The translations under genes and the position numbers were made by a program. DNA of 64,000 nucleotides from Octopus vulgaris (lineage: Eukaryota), in assembly GCA_951406725.2 (NCBI GenBank), contig OX597826.1, positions 7,440,001 to 7,504,000 of the forward strand. The letters are read 5' to 3'. The notes under the pieces were generated by a model. The model saw nothing but the letters and a program-made list of their open reading frames with translations, had not been told where the DNA came from and searched no databases. Shown here one piece after another: positions 12,506 through 24,684 of this stretch; position 1 is the stretch's first letter; the number at the start of each line of letters is the position of its first letter.

Positions 12506-13440
12506 CAGGTGGACACAATATACAGGTGGGCTGAGGACAACAACATGCAGTTTAATGCAGGTAAGTTCCAGGCCCTGCGCTACTGGCACACAAAGGTAAA
12601 TGACGTGAAGACTGGATACACTGGCCCAGGAAGAATTGCAATCCCTGAGTCAAAATCAGTGCGTGACCTGGGCATTGACATGAGCAATGATGCATCTTTC
12701 CAAATGCATATTGCTAATCTGGTGATAAAATACAGACGGCTAGCTGGATGGATTCTCCGAACTTTCAGAACAAGAGAGAAGGAGACACTGATGGTCCTAT
12801 GGAAAACATTCGTCCTCAGCCGCTTGGACTACTGCTCCCAACTTTGGTCACCACACAATATAAAACAAACAGCAGAACTCGAAGCAACTCAGAGAAGCTA
12901 CACAAAGAAAATCGTCTCAATGCAAAATGTCAGCTACTGGGAAAGACTGAAGGTATTAAACCTCTTCTCCCTGGAGCGGAGGCGGGAGAGATATGCAGTG
13001 ATATACATCTGGAAAATCCTGGAGGGTCTTGTCCCAAACTCTGGCACTCAAAGTTACTCCAACCGCAGAACGGGGCGCCGCTGCGTGGTGCCAAGGATTC
13101 CAACATAACCATCAAAATACAGGTCCAGATACTGCAACAGCTTGGGTTTCAGAGGACCACAGCTCTTTAACATCCTCCCTAAATGCCTGAGAGACTTACA
13201 TGGTGTGGATGTGGGTTTCTTTAAAACTAAACTGGATCTCTTCTTGTTGGGAGTCCCAGATGAACCTACCTCTCGACAGGAGACACGGATGCGGGCAGCA
13301 GCATCGAACTCCCTTGTTGATCAAGTGCCACGTATCAGAGGTGGATTCACAAACTAGTGTAGCTCATTCAGCGGTGGTGCCCCAGCATGGCCGCGGCCTT
13401 CGGGCTAAAACATTTTAAAGGATTTAAGGATTTAAGGATA
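12506..13440 (+). mobile_element. 5'-truncated CR1-group LINE (ORF2 RT C-terminus, 3' UTR, tandem tail)
   Basis: WAEDNNMQFNAGKF, RDLGI, SRLDYCSQLWSP, YWERLKVLNLFSLERRR motifs. A single in-frame stop at 13106-13108, then the same frame continues to 13357. Tail (GGATTTAA)n. Confidence 0.92.
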
Positions 13441-13531
13441 TACACATTTATACGTATAGATATGCGCATATATATCGATGTATATATACATCTATATCTA
13501 TCTACCTCCATATACATGCATATATACATAC

Positions 13532-13648
<117 letters not shown>

Positions 13649-13649
13649 T

Positions 13650-13782
13650 GTGTCCCTTTCTGTAGAAGAGCGTAGGCTCGAATCGTAAAATAATTTTTCT
13701 CTTCCTGATCGTTATACTAATACATATGTTTGTTTTGTCACCACCTGTCTTCGTCTTTTGTTTTTTTTTCGTAAACTCTCCG
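13650..13782 (+). mobile_element. Hammerhead-like mini-element (H2-related, variant core) between (TG)n and (TA)n
   Basis: CTTT CTGTAGA A GAGC GTAG GCTC GAATC GTA AAA (13656-13690); tail homologous to 47150-47222. Confidence 0.65.
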
Positions 13783-13908
13783 TATATATATATATATATA
13801 TATCCATACATGTATACATGTAATTGCATATCAATTTATTATGTTTATTCCTGACTGCCTTGGCATAGTGTTATATCGCAATACTACACAGTGGCTGTGT
13901 GACCTACG

Positions 13909-14073
13909 AAATCCTCGTCGCCACTTTTATGTCGCACGTTCGCATGCCTTCTTCTCAACTCTACTCTGCTCCTACTGCTCACCTCTTACCGCTACTCTGA
14001 CGTCTAGGCTTCTCTCTCTATATCTTCGTATTGGGCTAGACTACTTTCGTCGTCTGGGGGTGTCCACACAACA
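13909..14073 (-). mobile_element. Ty3/Gypsy (Mag-like) LTR remnant with tRNA-Ser primer binding site
   Basis: Minus strand TGTTG...CGACA termini (14073 to 13930), followed by TGGCGACGAGGAT. Plus strand 13911-13923 ATCCTCGTCGCCA equals the 3' end of metazoan tRNA-Ser(GCT) plus CCA. Confidence 0.6.
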
Positions 14074-14124
14074 GATAGCTATAGCGAATGCTTCTTTTGT
14101 TGTTAAATACATGTGGAAGCATGT

Positions 14125-14460
14125 GGAACAGCCTGCTCGTGAAATTAACGTGTAAGTGGCTGAGCACTCCACAGACATGTGTACCCTTAACGTAGTTCTC
14201 GGGGATATTCAGCGTGACACAGAGAGTGACAAGGCCCTTTGAAATACGGCCCTTTGAATTACAGGTAGAACAGAAACAGGAAGAAAGAGAAAGTTGTGGT
14301 GAAAGAATACAGCAGGGATCACCACCATCCCCTGCCGGAGCCTAGTGGAGCTTTAGGTGTTTTCGCTCAATAAACACTCACAACGCCCGGTCTGGAAATC
14401 GAAACCGCGATCCTATGACCGCGAGTCCGCTGCCCTAACCACTGGGCCATTGCGCCTCCA
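14125..14460 (-). mobile_element. SINE-C (tRNA-Arg-like head)
   Basis: Reverse complement GGAGGCGCAATGGCCCAGTGGTTAGGGCAGCGGACTCGCGG..GGTTTCGATTTCC (A and B boxes); body GAGAACTACGTTAAGGGTAC..GTTAATTTCACGAGCAGGCTGTTCC. Confidence 0.88.
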
Positions 14461-14740
14461 CTGTTAAATACATACATATTAACAGAAGGATGATTAGTAG
14501 AACAACCCCATTAAACATGAACCAAGGGTAAATATAACACATCTGATATAGTTGTTTGCCACAAAAAAGGAAAAAAAATAATACTGTACTGCCATAGAGG
14601 CCAGCTGCCCCGCAAACGTTTCTTGTATATTTTCTGAGAAGGATACTGTATACAGACAACCGCCTCTCTACGCGGTTTAAGAATTCCTGTTTATACCAAT
14701 AATTATTATGCACTTATTTATGTTAATAAATGTTTAAGCT

Positions 14741-15037
14741 TGAAGTCGCGTGGCTTATCGGTTAGGGTATTCGGCTAACGATGGTAAGGTCGTGAGTTCA
14801 TTTTCTGACGGTGCCTTGCGTCTTCGAGCAAGGCACTTTATCTCACGTTGCTTCAGCCAGTTCATCTAACTGGCAAAAGTGACTTGTACCTGTACTTCAA
14901 AAGACCAGCCTTGTCACATTTTGTATCAGGTTCAATCTCTCTGAGAACTAAGTTAAGTGTGCGTGTGTCCGTTGAGTGCTCAGCCACTTCATTAATTTCA
15001 TGAGCAGGTTGTTACGTTGATCGGATCGACTAGAACC
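14741..15037 (+). mobile_element. SINE-C-related copy, head-to-head with the 14125-14460 copy
   Basis: GCGTGGCTTATCGGTTAGGGTATTCGG..GAGTTCA head; shared 3' body GAGAACTAAGTTAAG..CAGCCAC..TTAATTTCATGAGCAGG. Confidence 0.8.
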
Positions 15038-15080
15038 ATGAGTACAAAAACGAATGGTCAAGTGGCAATCTGAAAGGCTG

Positions 15081-15507
15081 GGATCTTTTCGGTTTGAACG
15101 GCAGTTTTAAAAATAATTTCCACGTAACTAAACATTTTAAAACTTCGTATACTGGTAGAATGTGTTTAGAAAACATCTTTTTCTCTTGGCTTTATTGAGA
15201 CAATTCTATAGTTTGTAAAATATATATTGTTCGATTCTTCAATTTCTGCAATTTCAACCAATCAATGGCGTCTATTGAGGTGAAAACATTCTGTGCCGTA
15301 TGAATATGTCCCTCGTTTAAGAAACAGATTGGGTTTATTTACATTTCTGAAAAAAAAAAGATACCCTTCCCCCCAACCCTAACCCTAACTCTAACCCTAA
15401 CTCTAAAACAGATTGAAATGCAATAGATCGATACTAGAGTCATAATTATGGGTGACAATTTCATATGACACAGCTAGAAAAAACTGCCATTCAAACCGAA
15501 AAGATCC
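15081..15507. mobile_element. MITE with 28-bp TIRs and 8-bp TSD (Merlin-like by termini)
   Basis: GGATCTTTTCGGTTTGAACGGCAGTTTT ... AAAACTGCCATTCAAACCGAAAAGATCC (1 mismatch); flanks AAAGGCTG / AAAGGTTG; internal (CCCTAA/CTCTAA)n at 15372-15406. Confidence 0.88.
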
Positions 15508-16259
15508 AAAGGTTGGGGTTTTGAGGCAAATAAAGTGACCAGATATATCTGCAATTTGTACATGGAAGCAAAGAAATTATTCAGGTAACATACTTTGTAC
15601 ACAGTTTGTGTCATTATACTATTCTGTAAGCAGAACAGTATAACGGTACAAGACTTTACATAAGTTAAGCATACAGCGCTTAATGATGTTGTTATCGAAA
15701 TTCCACTGATGGAGATCAGTTTCTTTGTTAGAATCTAACTCATTTCTTGTGCGAAGTAATCAAATAATAATTTGACTACTCACACTCAAAAATACCTCAC
15801 TAATCTTTGAAAGAACACGACCAACAGTCAAATACTAAATTTGGTGTTGTTAGTCACCATAAACAACAATACCGTTGCTTCTGTTTGCTGCAAAATACCA
15901 GACATAGTTCAACAACCATCAGCTTCACCCCAAACATTATATGAGACTTTGAGTCATTGATAGACTGATGTAAAGATGTAGAAGTGTGGGCTGCTTCAAG
16001 TGCTGTCCATCCTGATGGTTAATACATATATAGTTGACTATCAAAGTTCAAATACTTGATCGTTTAAACGACTGAAAATATTTTACCATCTAAATCTGTG
16101 CCATTCTGGTTGTATAAAAAGAAGTCCTTATCAATTTCGTTCAAATCTTTTCAGTGTTTAGTTTACATCATTACAAGGTAAAATACGTAGCAATCGCGAA
16201 CAGGTAAGTGGGAAATATGTGACTATGTGAGAAATCGACATCATTATTAATGGGAACGA

Positions 16260-17415
16260 AACGGCGGTGAGCTGGCAGAATCGTTAGCACGCTGGGCGAG
16301 ATGCATAGCAGGATTTCGTATGCCGCTACTTTTTGAGTTCAAATTCCGGCGATGTTGACTTTGCATTTCATCATTTGCGCGTCGGAAAATTACCATGTTT
16401 CATTTGTTGCGTTCAAACACTGCCCACGAAAAATTTTGTCATCCATCCTTGTGAGTTCAATGAAGTAAAATACCATTTAAATACTGATGCATTATACTCT
16501 TCTACACCCTACCATAAATTTCAGACCTTACCATTATAACCTGTAATCGAATCAAATATTAAAGGGAGAGATGAGGGCAGTGGATTTCTACTATAGGCAA
16601 AAGGCATGAAAATTTTGTGGGGCAGAAGCTAGACGATTTCATCGACCACAGTGAAGAACTGTTAGATATTTCAGCGCCCTTGAAAGGGTAAAAGGGAAAG
16701 TCGACCTCAGCGGAATTTGAAATCAGAACGTAGAGACGGGTAAAATACCGCTAAGTGGTTTGTCTCACGATACTGCCATCTGGCTGCCTGCCTTGTTCAA
16801 AAAATGCCATGTGGTATTTCTTCTGGCTTTTCACATTCTAATATTCAAATCCCGCCGGAGTTGGCTTTCCCTTTCATGTCAACGATGTCGGTTATATAAA
16901 ATACCGATGAAGTACTAGGATGGATTTAAACATTTTTTAAAAAAAACACCTCTTATAAATTCTTGGACTTTTGCCAATTTTAGAAATAGCTATTCTTGGA
17001 AATGATGGTTTGTGGAATCTGTTTAATGTCGGAAATTACTCTTTAAGATTCGAGTTCAAACTTGGCAGATTGAACTTGCATCCTTCAGGGTTCAATAACA
17101 GAAATACCCATAAAGACCAGCAAATTATGCAATGGCTTTTACTCTCAACTTCGAGGTGTATGACCTGCTGACTCTACGGAAGGTCATAGTAATGTGAAGG
17201 AATTGTTTTGGCAGAATCAATAGTGCGTAGTACTTAAGGCATTTTAGTTATTTGTTCCCGCTCCTTAAGTTCTGATTTCAAAACACGCTGAGGACAAATT
17301 TTTCTTTCATGTTTCGGGTTCGAATATAAAAGTGCAAGTTAAGTACAGAGGTCAGAGGTAACGGCTAACGGCATCCCTCAAATTTCAAGCCTTGCTCTTA
17401 TGCTAGAATCAATTA
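16260..17415. mobile_element. Cluster of about five decayed SINE-A copies in both orientations
   Basis: Repeated GAGTTCAAATTCC..GACTTTGC.TTTCATC motifs; minus copy at 16570-16790 (AAAGTCGACCTCAGCGGAATTTGAAATCAGAACG). Confidence 0.8.
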
Positions 17416-17839
17416 TCATCATCGTCCATAACTGAACATTTGGTCTTTGGAAATATTTCTATCATAGTTTTGTTCTATTATTGAATTCTTACTTAGACCT
17501 TCGTTTAACAGCAGTCAGGCCACATTGAGATAAAAACATATCTTTTTTGTTTCTCATTTTTTATCTGTCAAAATATGAAGAAGGCATTAACAAGGAAGCG
17601 ATGTCAGCTGTCAAAACCTGATATTTTGCATGTACAATAAAGCTCTTAATGTACATATACATTAACAGCTTTTCACTTCACTTATATAACATGCACCCTT
17701 TTTTTTTCCAACACGTTGCAAAATACTTTTGTATCAGAAAATTTACACTAACATGAAATAATCATTGACAGCCGAAAAAATATATTTTATGATTGATAAA
17801 ATAAAAGGAGATATCTAATTACAATAAAATTGTATACAT

Positions 17840-18290
17840 GTGTAGGTTTGCATTGAAATAAAAGTAAATGGGAGAGTGTTGGAATAATTCTATTATAATT
17901 TAGTGAAGAAGAAATAGCAGTACCCAAAAATTTTGTAATCTCCCAGGACCGGTGAGAAAGACACGGCTGAGGTAAATTTTCATTATCGGAAAGGCAAATT
18001 TTACAGAACTTATAATACGTAGATAGTGAGGGTTTTCACGATCTTCAATATTCTAAGGATGAAGGATTGAGTTGTAGGTATCTGTGAAGTTGAATATTGT
18101 ATGAGTTGAATATTACATTAAAAAAAAAAAACGTTTGAATTGTTGGCCTCTAAGAAGAGGATATGCAAATAACAAATTCGAAGGATATGATGCATTTGTA
18201 GTATGACAAGGTATGGAGGTTGATAAAATAGTGTTTGTGCTATAGAAAGGTGTAGCGAGTATTTATGAAATGAGGAAAATATAAGAGAAG
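17840..18290 (+). mobile_element. Possible ancient RTE-like LINE remnant
   Basis: Broken similarity to the RTE C-terminal AW.KF.EL...KG.LY..CV...LY pattern; many stops. Confidence 0.25.
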
Positions 18291-18339
18291 CTAGCGAACT
18301 TCAAGCTGGGACTCGTTCTTGAACACTGCTTCACCAGAG

Positions 18340-18539
18340 TACTCTCTCTTTACTCTTTTACTCGTTTCAGTCATTTGACTGCGGCCATGCTGGAGTACCA
18401 AATTTAGTCGTGCAAATCGACCCCAGGATTTATACTTTGGAAGCCTAGTAAATAATTCTATCGGTCACTTTTACCGAACCGCCAAGTCACGGGGACGCAA
18501 ACACACCAGAATCGGTTGTCAAGCGATGTTGGGGGACAA

Positions 18540-18623
<84 letters not shown>

Positions 18624-18625
18624 GA
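18340..18625 (-). mobile_element. SINE-B 3' half
   Basis: Reverse complement tail GTTTCAGTCATTTGACTGCGGCCATGCTGGAG and body up to the internal (CA)/(TA) tract. Confidence 0.88.
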
Positions 18626-19335
18626 CACCAGATGCTGTTTCACACGTGTTTTTTATTAATGGCCAGAAGTGTTACATCTCGTACGAACCAATTTTCCTCA
18701 GGTGAATACAGGTCAAAATTAACAGAATTAAACGTTAAGATCTTCCCAAGAAGTACATAGTACAATAAGACTCTACTGCCCCCAATTCGGTCAGACCGAA
18801 TAAGATTTCGATCGTTCCTCCCGAACATTCACGCAAATGGTTTGTCTACAGAGATCAGCTGTTTGTGTTGCACAAAATCCGCATAAACTGTTCAACGGCA
18901 CGAGTGTGACATTCGTCACATCCTCAAATGATTGTATAACAATGTGAAATGTAGTGATTTGCTCAAAAGCAAAATGCACTGACCGGCCTGGGAAGCGAAA
19001 GGATGAACTCACGATCCTGAGTACACCTCCATGACCACTTTGTGTATGTGTGTGTGTGTGTACGAGCGCGCGAACAGAAACAGAAGAGCCGTTAAAGCTT
19101 GGTTAAACCATCAAACAGTCGCTGCGGCTTTCTGTGGCCTTAGGTCATACCTCGATCGGGTCGAGCATGGCTTTCACTCACTCGATGATAAATGAATGCC
19201 AACCTTTTACTGGAAATGATCAGATTTTTTTTTTTCGTCCTTTACACCATATTTAGAAATATCCTACACAACTTATGTCACGTTGATACTCCTACGATTC
19301 CACCATAGTTAAGAACGTAAAATGGTAAAACATAT

Positions 19336-19720
<385 letters not shown>

Positions 19721-19920
19721 TTGTGTGCATGTGTGGATATATGAACGCATTTAAACATAAGTAATTATGGGAAATATTTATTTCTCTGTATACTCTGTTT
19801 ATGGCGGTGTATGTAAAAATTAAACAAGTTCATAAATATATTTATGAAGCATTTTAAGAAACACTTTCATACACGCAACATAACATACACACCGCCTACA
19901 AACAGTGACGAAGGAGTGAG

Positions 19921-19975
<55 letters not shown>

Positions 19976-20487
19976 GGACAGAGAGAAGGAAAGAAAGAGA
20001 GTTGAGGAGAGGGAAATTTGTTTGATTTTAACGTTTACTCCTACTCCTTGTAAAATATATTTCGTTTTACATAATACAAACTGTTTGATCGTTTGATGTT
20101 TGCTAAGCCAATACATTTTATTATAGAAATTCTAGAATATATGTCTATATTTTATTAATGCTAAAATTTCAAAAAGTAGAAAAATGAAGAAAAATTAGAA
20201 ACAAATGAAGGGAAAAGTATTTCGTTTCATAACTTAATGCTATATATGAAAAGGAACGTAAATATAAGCAGTTAAAATATTTCACTTACTAAATCTAGCG
20301 CTAGATGGCAGCATGATGAAATAGTTAGAGAATTTGATAGACAGCCATGTTGTTTTTGTTTGTAATCACGTGTTTTCGTTGCTTCTGTCATCACCATTAA
20401 TAATTCCCCTTATTTAAATTTAATTTAAGGTTAGCGGTTCCGTTTTATATTTATATATTGTGTTCTATAGTTTTTTTTTTTGCTCTA

Positions 20488-20880
20488 TAGGCGCAGGAGT
20501 GGCTGTGTGGTAAGTAGCTTGATTACCAGCCACATGGTTCCGGGTTCATTCCCACTGCGTGGCACCTTGGGCAAGTGTCTTCTACTATAGCAGCGAGCCG
20601 ACCAAACCCTTGTGAGTTGGTTTGGTAGACGGAAACTGAAAGAAGCCCGTCGTATATATATATATATGTATATAAATATATATGTATGTGTGTGTATATG
20701 TTTGTGTGACTGTGCTTACCCAACTTCGCTTGACAACCGATGCGGTTCGGCTAAAGGGACCGATAGAATAAGTACTAGGCTTACAAGGAATAAGTCCCGG
20801 GGTCGATTTGCTCGACTAAAGGCGGTGCTCCAGCATGGCCGCAGTCAAATGACTGAAACAAGTAAAAGAGAAAGAGAGTA
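20488..20880 (+). mobile_element. SINE-B, near full length
   Basis: GGCGCAGGAGTGGCTGTGTGGTAAG head, GGTTCATTCCC B-box, internal (TA)/(TG), tail ending GAAACAAGTAAAAGAG. Confidence 0.92.
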
Positions 20881-21109
20881 CCATACCTGAATATAAATAC
20901 ATTTATATGTGTGTTTGTGAGTGTGTGTGTGTGTGTGTTTGTGAGTGTGTGTGTGTGTGTGTGTGTATGTGTGCCTGTATATGTGCGTGTGAGTGTCTTT
21001 GTACAAAGAAACACCCATACTGTACATGCGAGCATTCGCGCATACGTGCTTGTGTACGCATATGTATATATGTGTGTCTGTGTATTTATATGAGCTTTTA
21101 TGAAACAAT

Positions 21110-21756
21110 AATCATTTCCACTATTGGCAGGAGACCTGAAATGTTGGGCTAGTCGATTACATCGACTCCAGTGTGCAATTGGTACATGTTTTCGACCCCG
21201 AAGCGTTAACCCTCAAAATCGGCATTGCTGGAAGTTGAACCTAGAGTATTATGCAAGAAGAATCGCCACTAAGCTTTTTCGCCGACGAGCTACCAATCTT
21301 CACTGCTCGGCACCTAAAATAATATTTTTATCCAATATGGGCATTTGATCGGAAAATGAGTAAGTTGATTACGTCGACCCCCAGTGTTCAACTGGTATTT
21401 GTTTTATCGACGTGGAAAGGATGAAAGGCAAAATCGACTTCGCGAGATTTGAGACCAGATCGTACGGATTGGAGAAATGCTGCAAAATATCTCGTCCGGC
21501 ATGCTAAAGATTTTGTCTGCTTGGCGCTTTAAATAACGATAATAGTAATTCTTTCTACTATAGGTACAAACTTTGGAGGAGGGGGATAGTCGATTACGTC
21601 GACCTCAGTACTCGACTGGTACTTATTTTATCGACCCTGAAAGAAAGAAAAGGCAAAGTCGACCTCGGTGGAATTTGAACTCAGAAAGTGAAGACGGACG
21701 AAATGCCCCTAAGCATTTCATCTGGCGTGCTAACGATTCTGCCAGCTTGCCGCCTT
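21110..21756 (-). mobile_element. Three tandem SINE-A copies
   Basis: Best copy 21545-21756 (AGGCAAAGTCGACCTCGGTGGAATTTGAACTCAGAA..GCTAACGATTCTGCCAGCTTGCCGCCTT). Confidence 0.85.
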
Positions 21757-21804
21757 CATAGTGAAAATAACAATAATAATAATAATAACAACAACAACAA
21801 CAAT

Positions 21805-23000
21805 TCCGTTTTTGGATTTGGTTTGCAATATTCTTTATGTAAGTTCGTGTGTTGAAGCATATTCTGTTGTGTCTGGGGAGAGAAGACGGTCGATGGTGTG
21901 TATTTTGGAGAGATTAGAACGAAGGGTGGCACGCATAAGGCGGTAGGATGTAGTACGGAGCATGGGTAGCATTGTTGTAGTAAGGCCCAGAGAAATCGCA
22001 CGACTCTACCGCAACGTATGAAAGGATAAGCCTATATGAAAAGATATTTTAGCAGAAAGCTCCGAGATAATGGTATCATTGATCAAAGCAGTTTATCATG
22101 AACTAATAGCTTGATTACATCCTCCCACTTTGAAGGGTGTCCGTCTGAAATCCAGGAACAGGAAATATCAACCAAGTACCTGATGCACAAAAGGGATAGA
22201 GATGCTGGAAAAGCAGTAAAATGTGACAACCGATGCAGACTTTGTGGGGTTCACACTGAAGATTATCACCCACATCATAAGGAGTTGTCTGAAGATGTCA
22301 TAACAGTATTATCTTCCGGTGAGATATGATGTTGTAGCTAGGACACTCTATACTGAAATCCGTCGGAAAGATAAACCCGAGGACGAAGAAATAAGAACCC
22401 ACAATATGGTAGAAGCTACAGCCACTCATAATAAAATGGAGTACTGGTGAAATGCCCCAGTGAAGACCACAATAAAAAGTAAGCTCAACAGACCTGATCT
22501 AATGATTTGGAACAAAGAAGAGAAACTGCGCAGTTGTGGAAATTAGCTGCCCACTGGATGTTAATATAAAGCTGAACATCAGTGAATAAGGGAACACCTA
22601 CCCTGAACTATTGAGAAATCTGCAGTTACTCTAACCAGATTACAAGTTCAGGTTTATACTTGTAATTATTGGGGTCCTGGAATATGTAACGATCTTGAGG
22701 AATTATGCCTCTCAAAGGAGAAGGTTAATTCGAAGACTACAGATTCAATCCAGGACTAGAACTGTATAAATCTTTAAAAGTTTATCATTTAAATATATAT
22801 GAAAGTTTATCATTTTATATATATATGCAGCTACATGCATGAAAATACATACATAAAGCAAAACAAACAAATTTTCACATATACATACAAAAATTATCCT
22901 GTTGTTGATGTTGAAATTTCAATGAAGGAGCCTTGAATCTAGGTTAGAAACCGGCTCTTTCTCTATTGGAAAGAAACAGCGAAATAAAACTGAACAATGA
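21805..23000 (+). mobile_element. Decayed R4/Dong-like RLE LINE (CCHC finger, RLE, 3' UTR) after (AAT/AAC)n
   Basis: IQEQEISTKYL, CRLCGVHTED..HI...C, NRPDL.IW, VEISCPLD.NI and VIIGVL.Y motifs with frameshifts; ends AAATAAAACTGAA like 3882-3899. Confidence 0.8.
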
Positions 23001-23689
23001 CATACATACATGCACACATACACACATACACACGCACACATACGTACATACATACATACACACATACACACGCACACATACATACATACATACATACATA
23101 CATACATACATACATACATACATACATACATACATACATACATGTATATACATGTATACATGCATATTTCCATACGGTGGCAGACTTCCAAATAATTATC
23201 GCTCGTGGTTTTGTTAATGATGTCAGAAGTAAGTTTCCTAAAAGTCTTATCATAACTGCAGTGATATATAAGTGGATTCCAAATAGAGATATATTAAAGG
23301 ATTTAGTTAAAAAACAAGCAAACACGAAAATATATAAATAAACAGATATTTAAGACATACTTAAAATTTGGAAAATAAATACATATTTTTATTGCTAAAA
23401 ATCTCTGGATATATGCCAATAAGACAAATTAGTATTGAACGTTTGTGTATAGGGAGAGTTTAGGCTTTTGCATGTAGAGCTAGAAATAGCTGCCGATCTC
23501 ACTCATATCACAAAATGACTATCTTTCAAAGGGGAAAGGTTACATTGTATATTACGATTAGAGATATAAGAAATCTGAAATATAGATAGAAGTTTTTAAA
23601 ATCGAGTTTGGTCTGATGCTGAGGCAAAACTTCAATACTCAAACAACTGCTCCGTTAATCTAAATATATAATAGATTCAGCAAACCGAA

Positions 23690-23883
23690 ATACAACGGTT
23701 TCACGGAATGGATAATTCAATTTTATCGACCCCAGTATTCACCTGGTACTTATTTTATCGACTCCGAAAACATGAATGGCAAAGTTGAACCCGGCGGAAT
23801 TTGAACGCAGGACCTAAAGACTAACGAAATATTGCTAAGCATACTGCTCGGCGTATTAATGATTCTGTCAGATCGACGCCTTA
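23690..23883 (-). mobile_element. SINE-A
   Basis: GGCAAAGTTGAACCCGGCGGAATTTGAAC..GATTCTGTCAGATCGACGCCTT. Confidence 0.8.
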
Positions 23884-23903
23884 ACAACAACAACAACAAC
23901 AAC

Positions 23904-23963
<60 letters not shown>

Positions 23964-23965
<2 letters not shown>

Positions 23966-24300
23966 GGCGGTTACAATACCAGTGATCGTAGGAGCACTAG
24001 GAATGATCAAGAAGGGAACCGAAAATTATATGAGAATGATCCCTGGCTTACCATCCCTGCAAGAAGTGCAAAAGATTGTCTTAACTGGTACATCACACGT
24101 ATTGAGAAGAGCATTGTCGATGTGAGAACTGTTGCTGCTCATGTATTTTAATTTAACTTTAAAAAAAAAATTTTTTTAATGAACGAACTATTGAGTTTGG
24201 TTTAATGGCCTACCAATGTATACTATGAGTTTCTTTGCCCTAGGAGTCGGGAAGACACTCGGCAAGAAATGGAAGCAAATTTGAAAGAAGAAAAAAAAAG
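23964..24300 (+). mobile_element. R4/Dong-like LINE 3' end inserted in (AAT)n
   Basis: KAVTIPVIVGALGMIKKGTENYMRMIPGLPSLQEVQKIVLTGTSHVLRRALSM*; (AAT)n at 23884-23963 and 24301-24360. Confidence 0.88.
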
Positions 24301-24305
24301 TAATG

Positions 24306-24363
<58 letters not shown>

Positions 24364-24467
24364 TGGTTTCTACTGGAAGCACGAGGCCACAAACATGTGG
24401 AAAGGAATTAAGTCAATTACATCGACCTCAGTGTGCAACTGGTACTAATTTAATCAACCCCAAAAGG

Positions 24468-24663
24468 AAATACAAAGTTTCGGATGATATGCCCTCCAGT
24501 CTTTTTCAGGTGTCTTGGCGAAATTTCAAACCTGGTTCCTAATTCCTAAGTTATTATATTATTATTATTATTATTATTATTCAGGTCACTGCTTGGAATT
24601 GAACTCGTAATCTTGGGGTTTGTAGCCCGCGCTCTTAACCACAGCGCCATATGCCCGTGAGCG
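24468..24663 (-). mobile_element. tRNA-headed hammerhead element (head, (AAT)n, ribozyme module with mutated core)
   Basis: Reverse complement: GGGCATATGGCGCTGTGGTTAAGAGCGCGGGCTACAAACCCCAAGATTACGAGTTCAATTCC (A/B boxes, tRNA-like), AAGCAGTGACCTG, (AAT)n, CTTAGGAAT..CCAAGACAC CTGAAAA AGACTGGAGGGCATATCATCC GAAAC. Confidence 0.8.
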
Positions 24664-24684
24664 TTCCATTTCCATATATATATG

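Noticed and set aside
12242-13108. 288-aa ORF as a host gene
   Set aside because: Chimeric: chance read-through of a TA tract into a truncated LINE ORF2 that begins at about 12506.
14380-14460. tRNA genes (also 24580-24660 and SINE-B heads)
   Set aside because: A/B boxes are present but acceptor stems are incomplete, and each continues into a repeated SINE body.
15372-15406. Telomere or chromosome fusion site
   Set aside because: Only about six imperfect units, internal to a MITE.
18640-19040. Minus-strand LINE endonuclease remnant; also an SKGLN PLE-like motif near 49590
   Set aside because: Similarity too fragmentary to support by eye.
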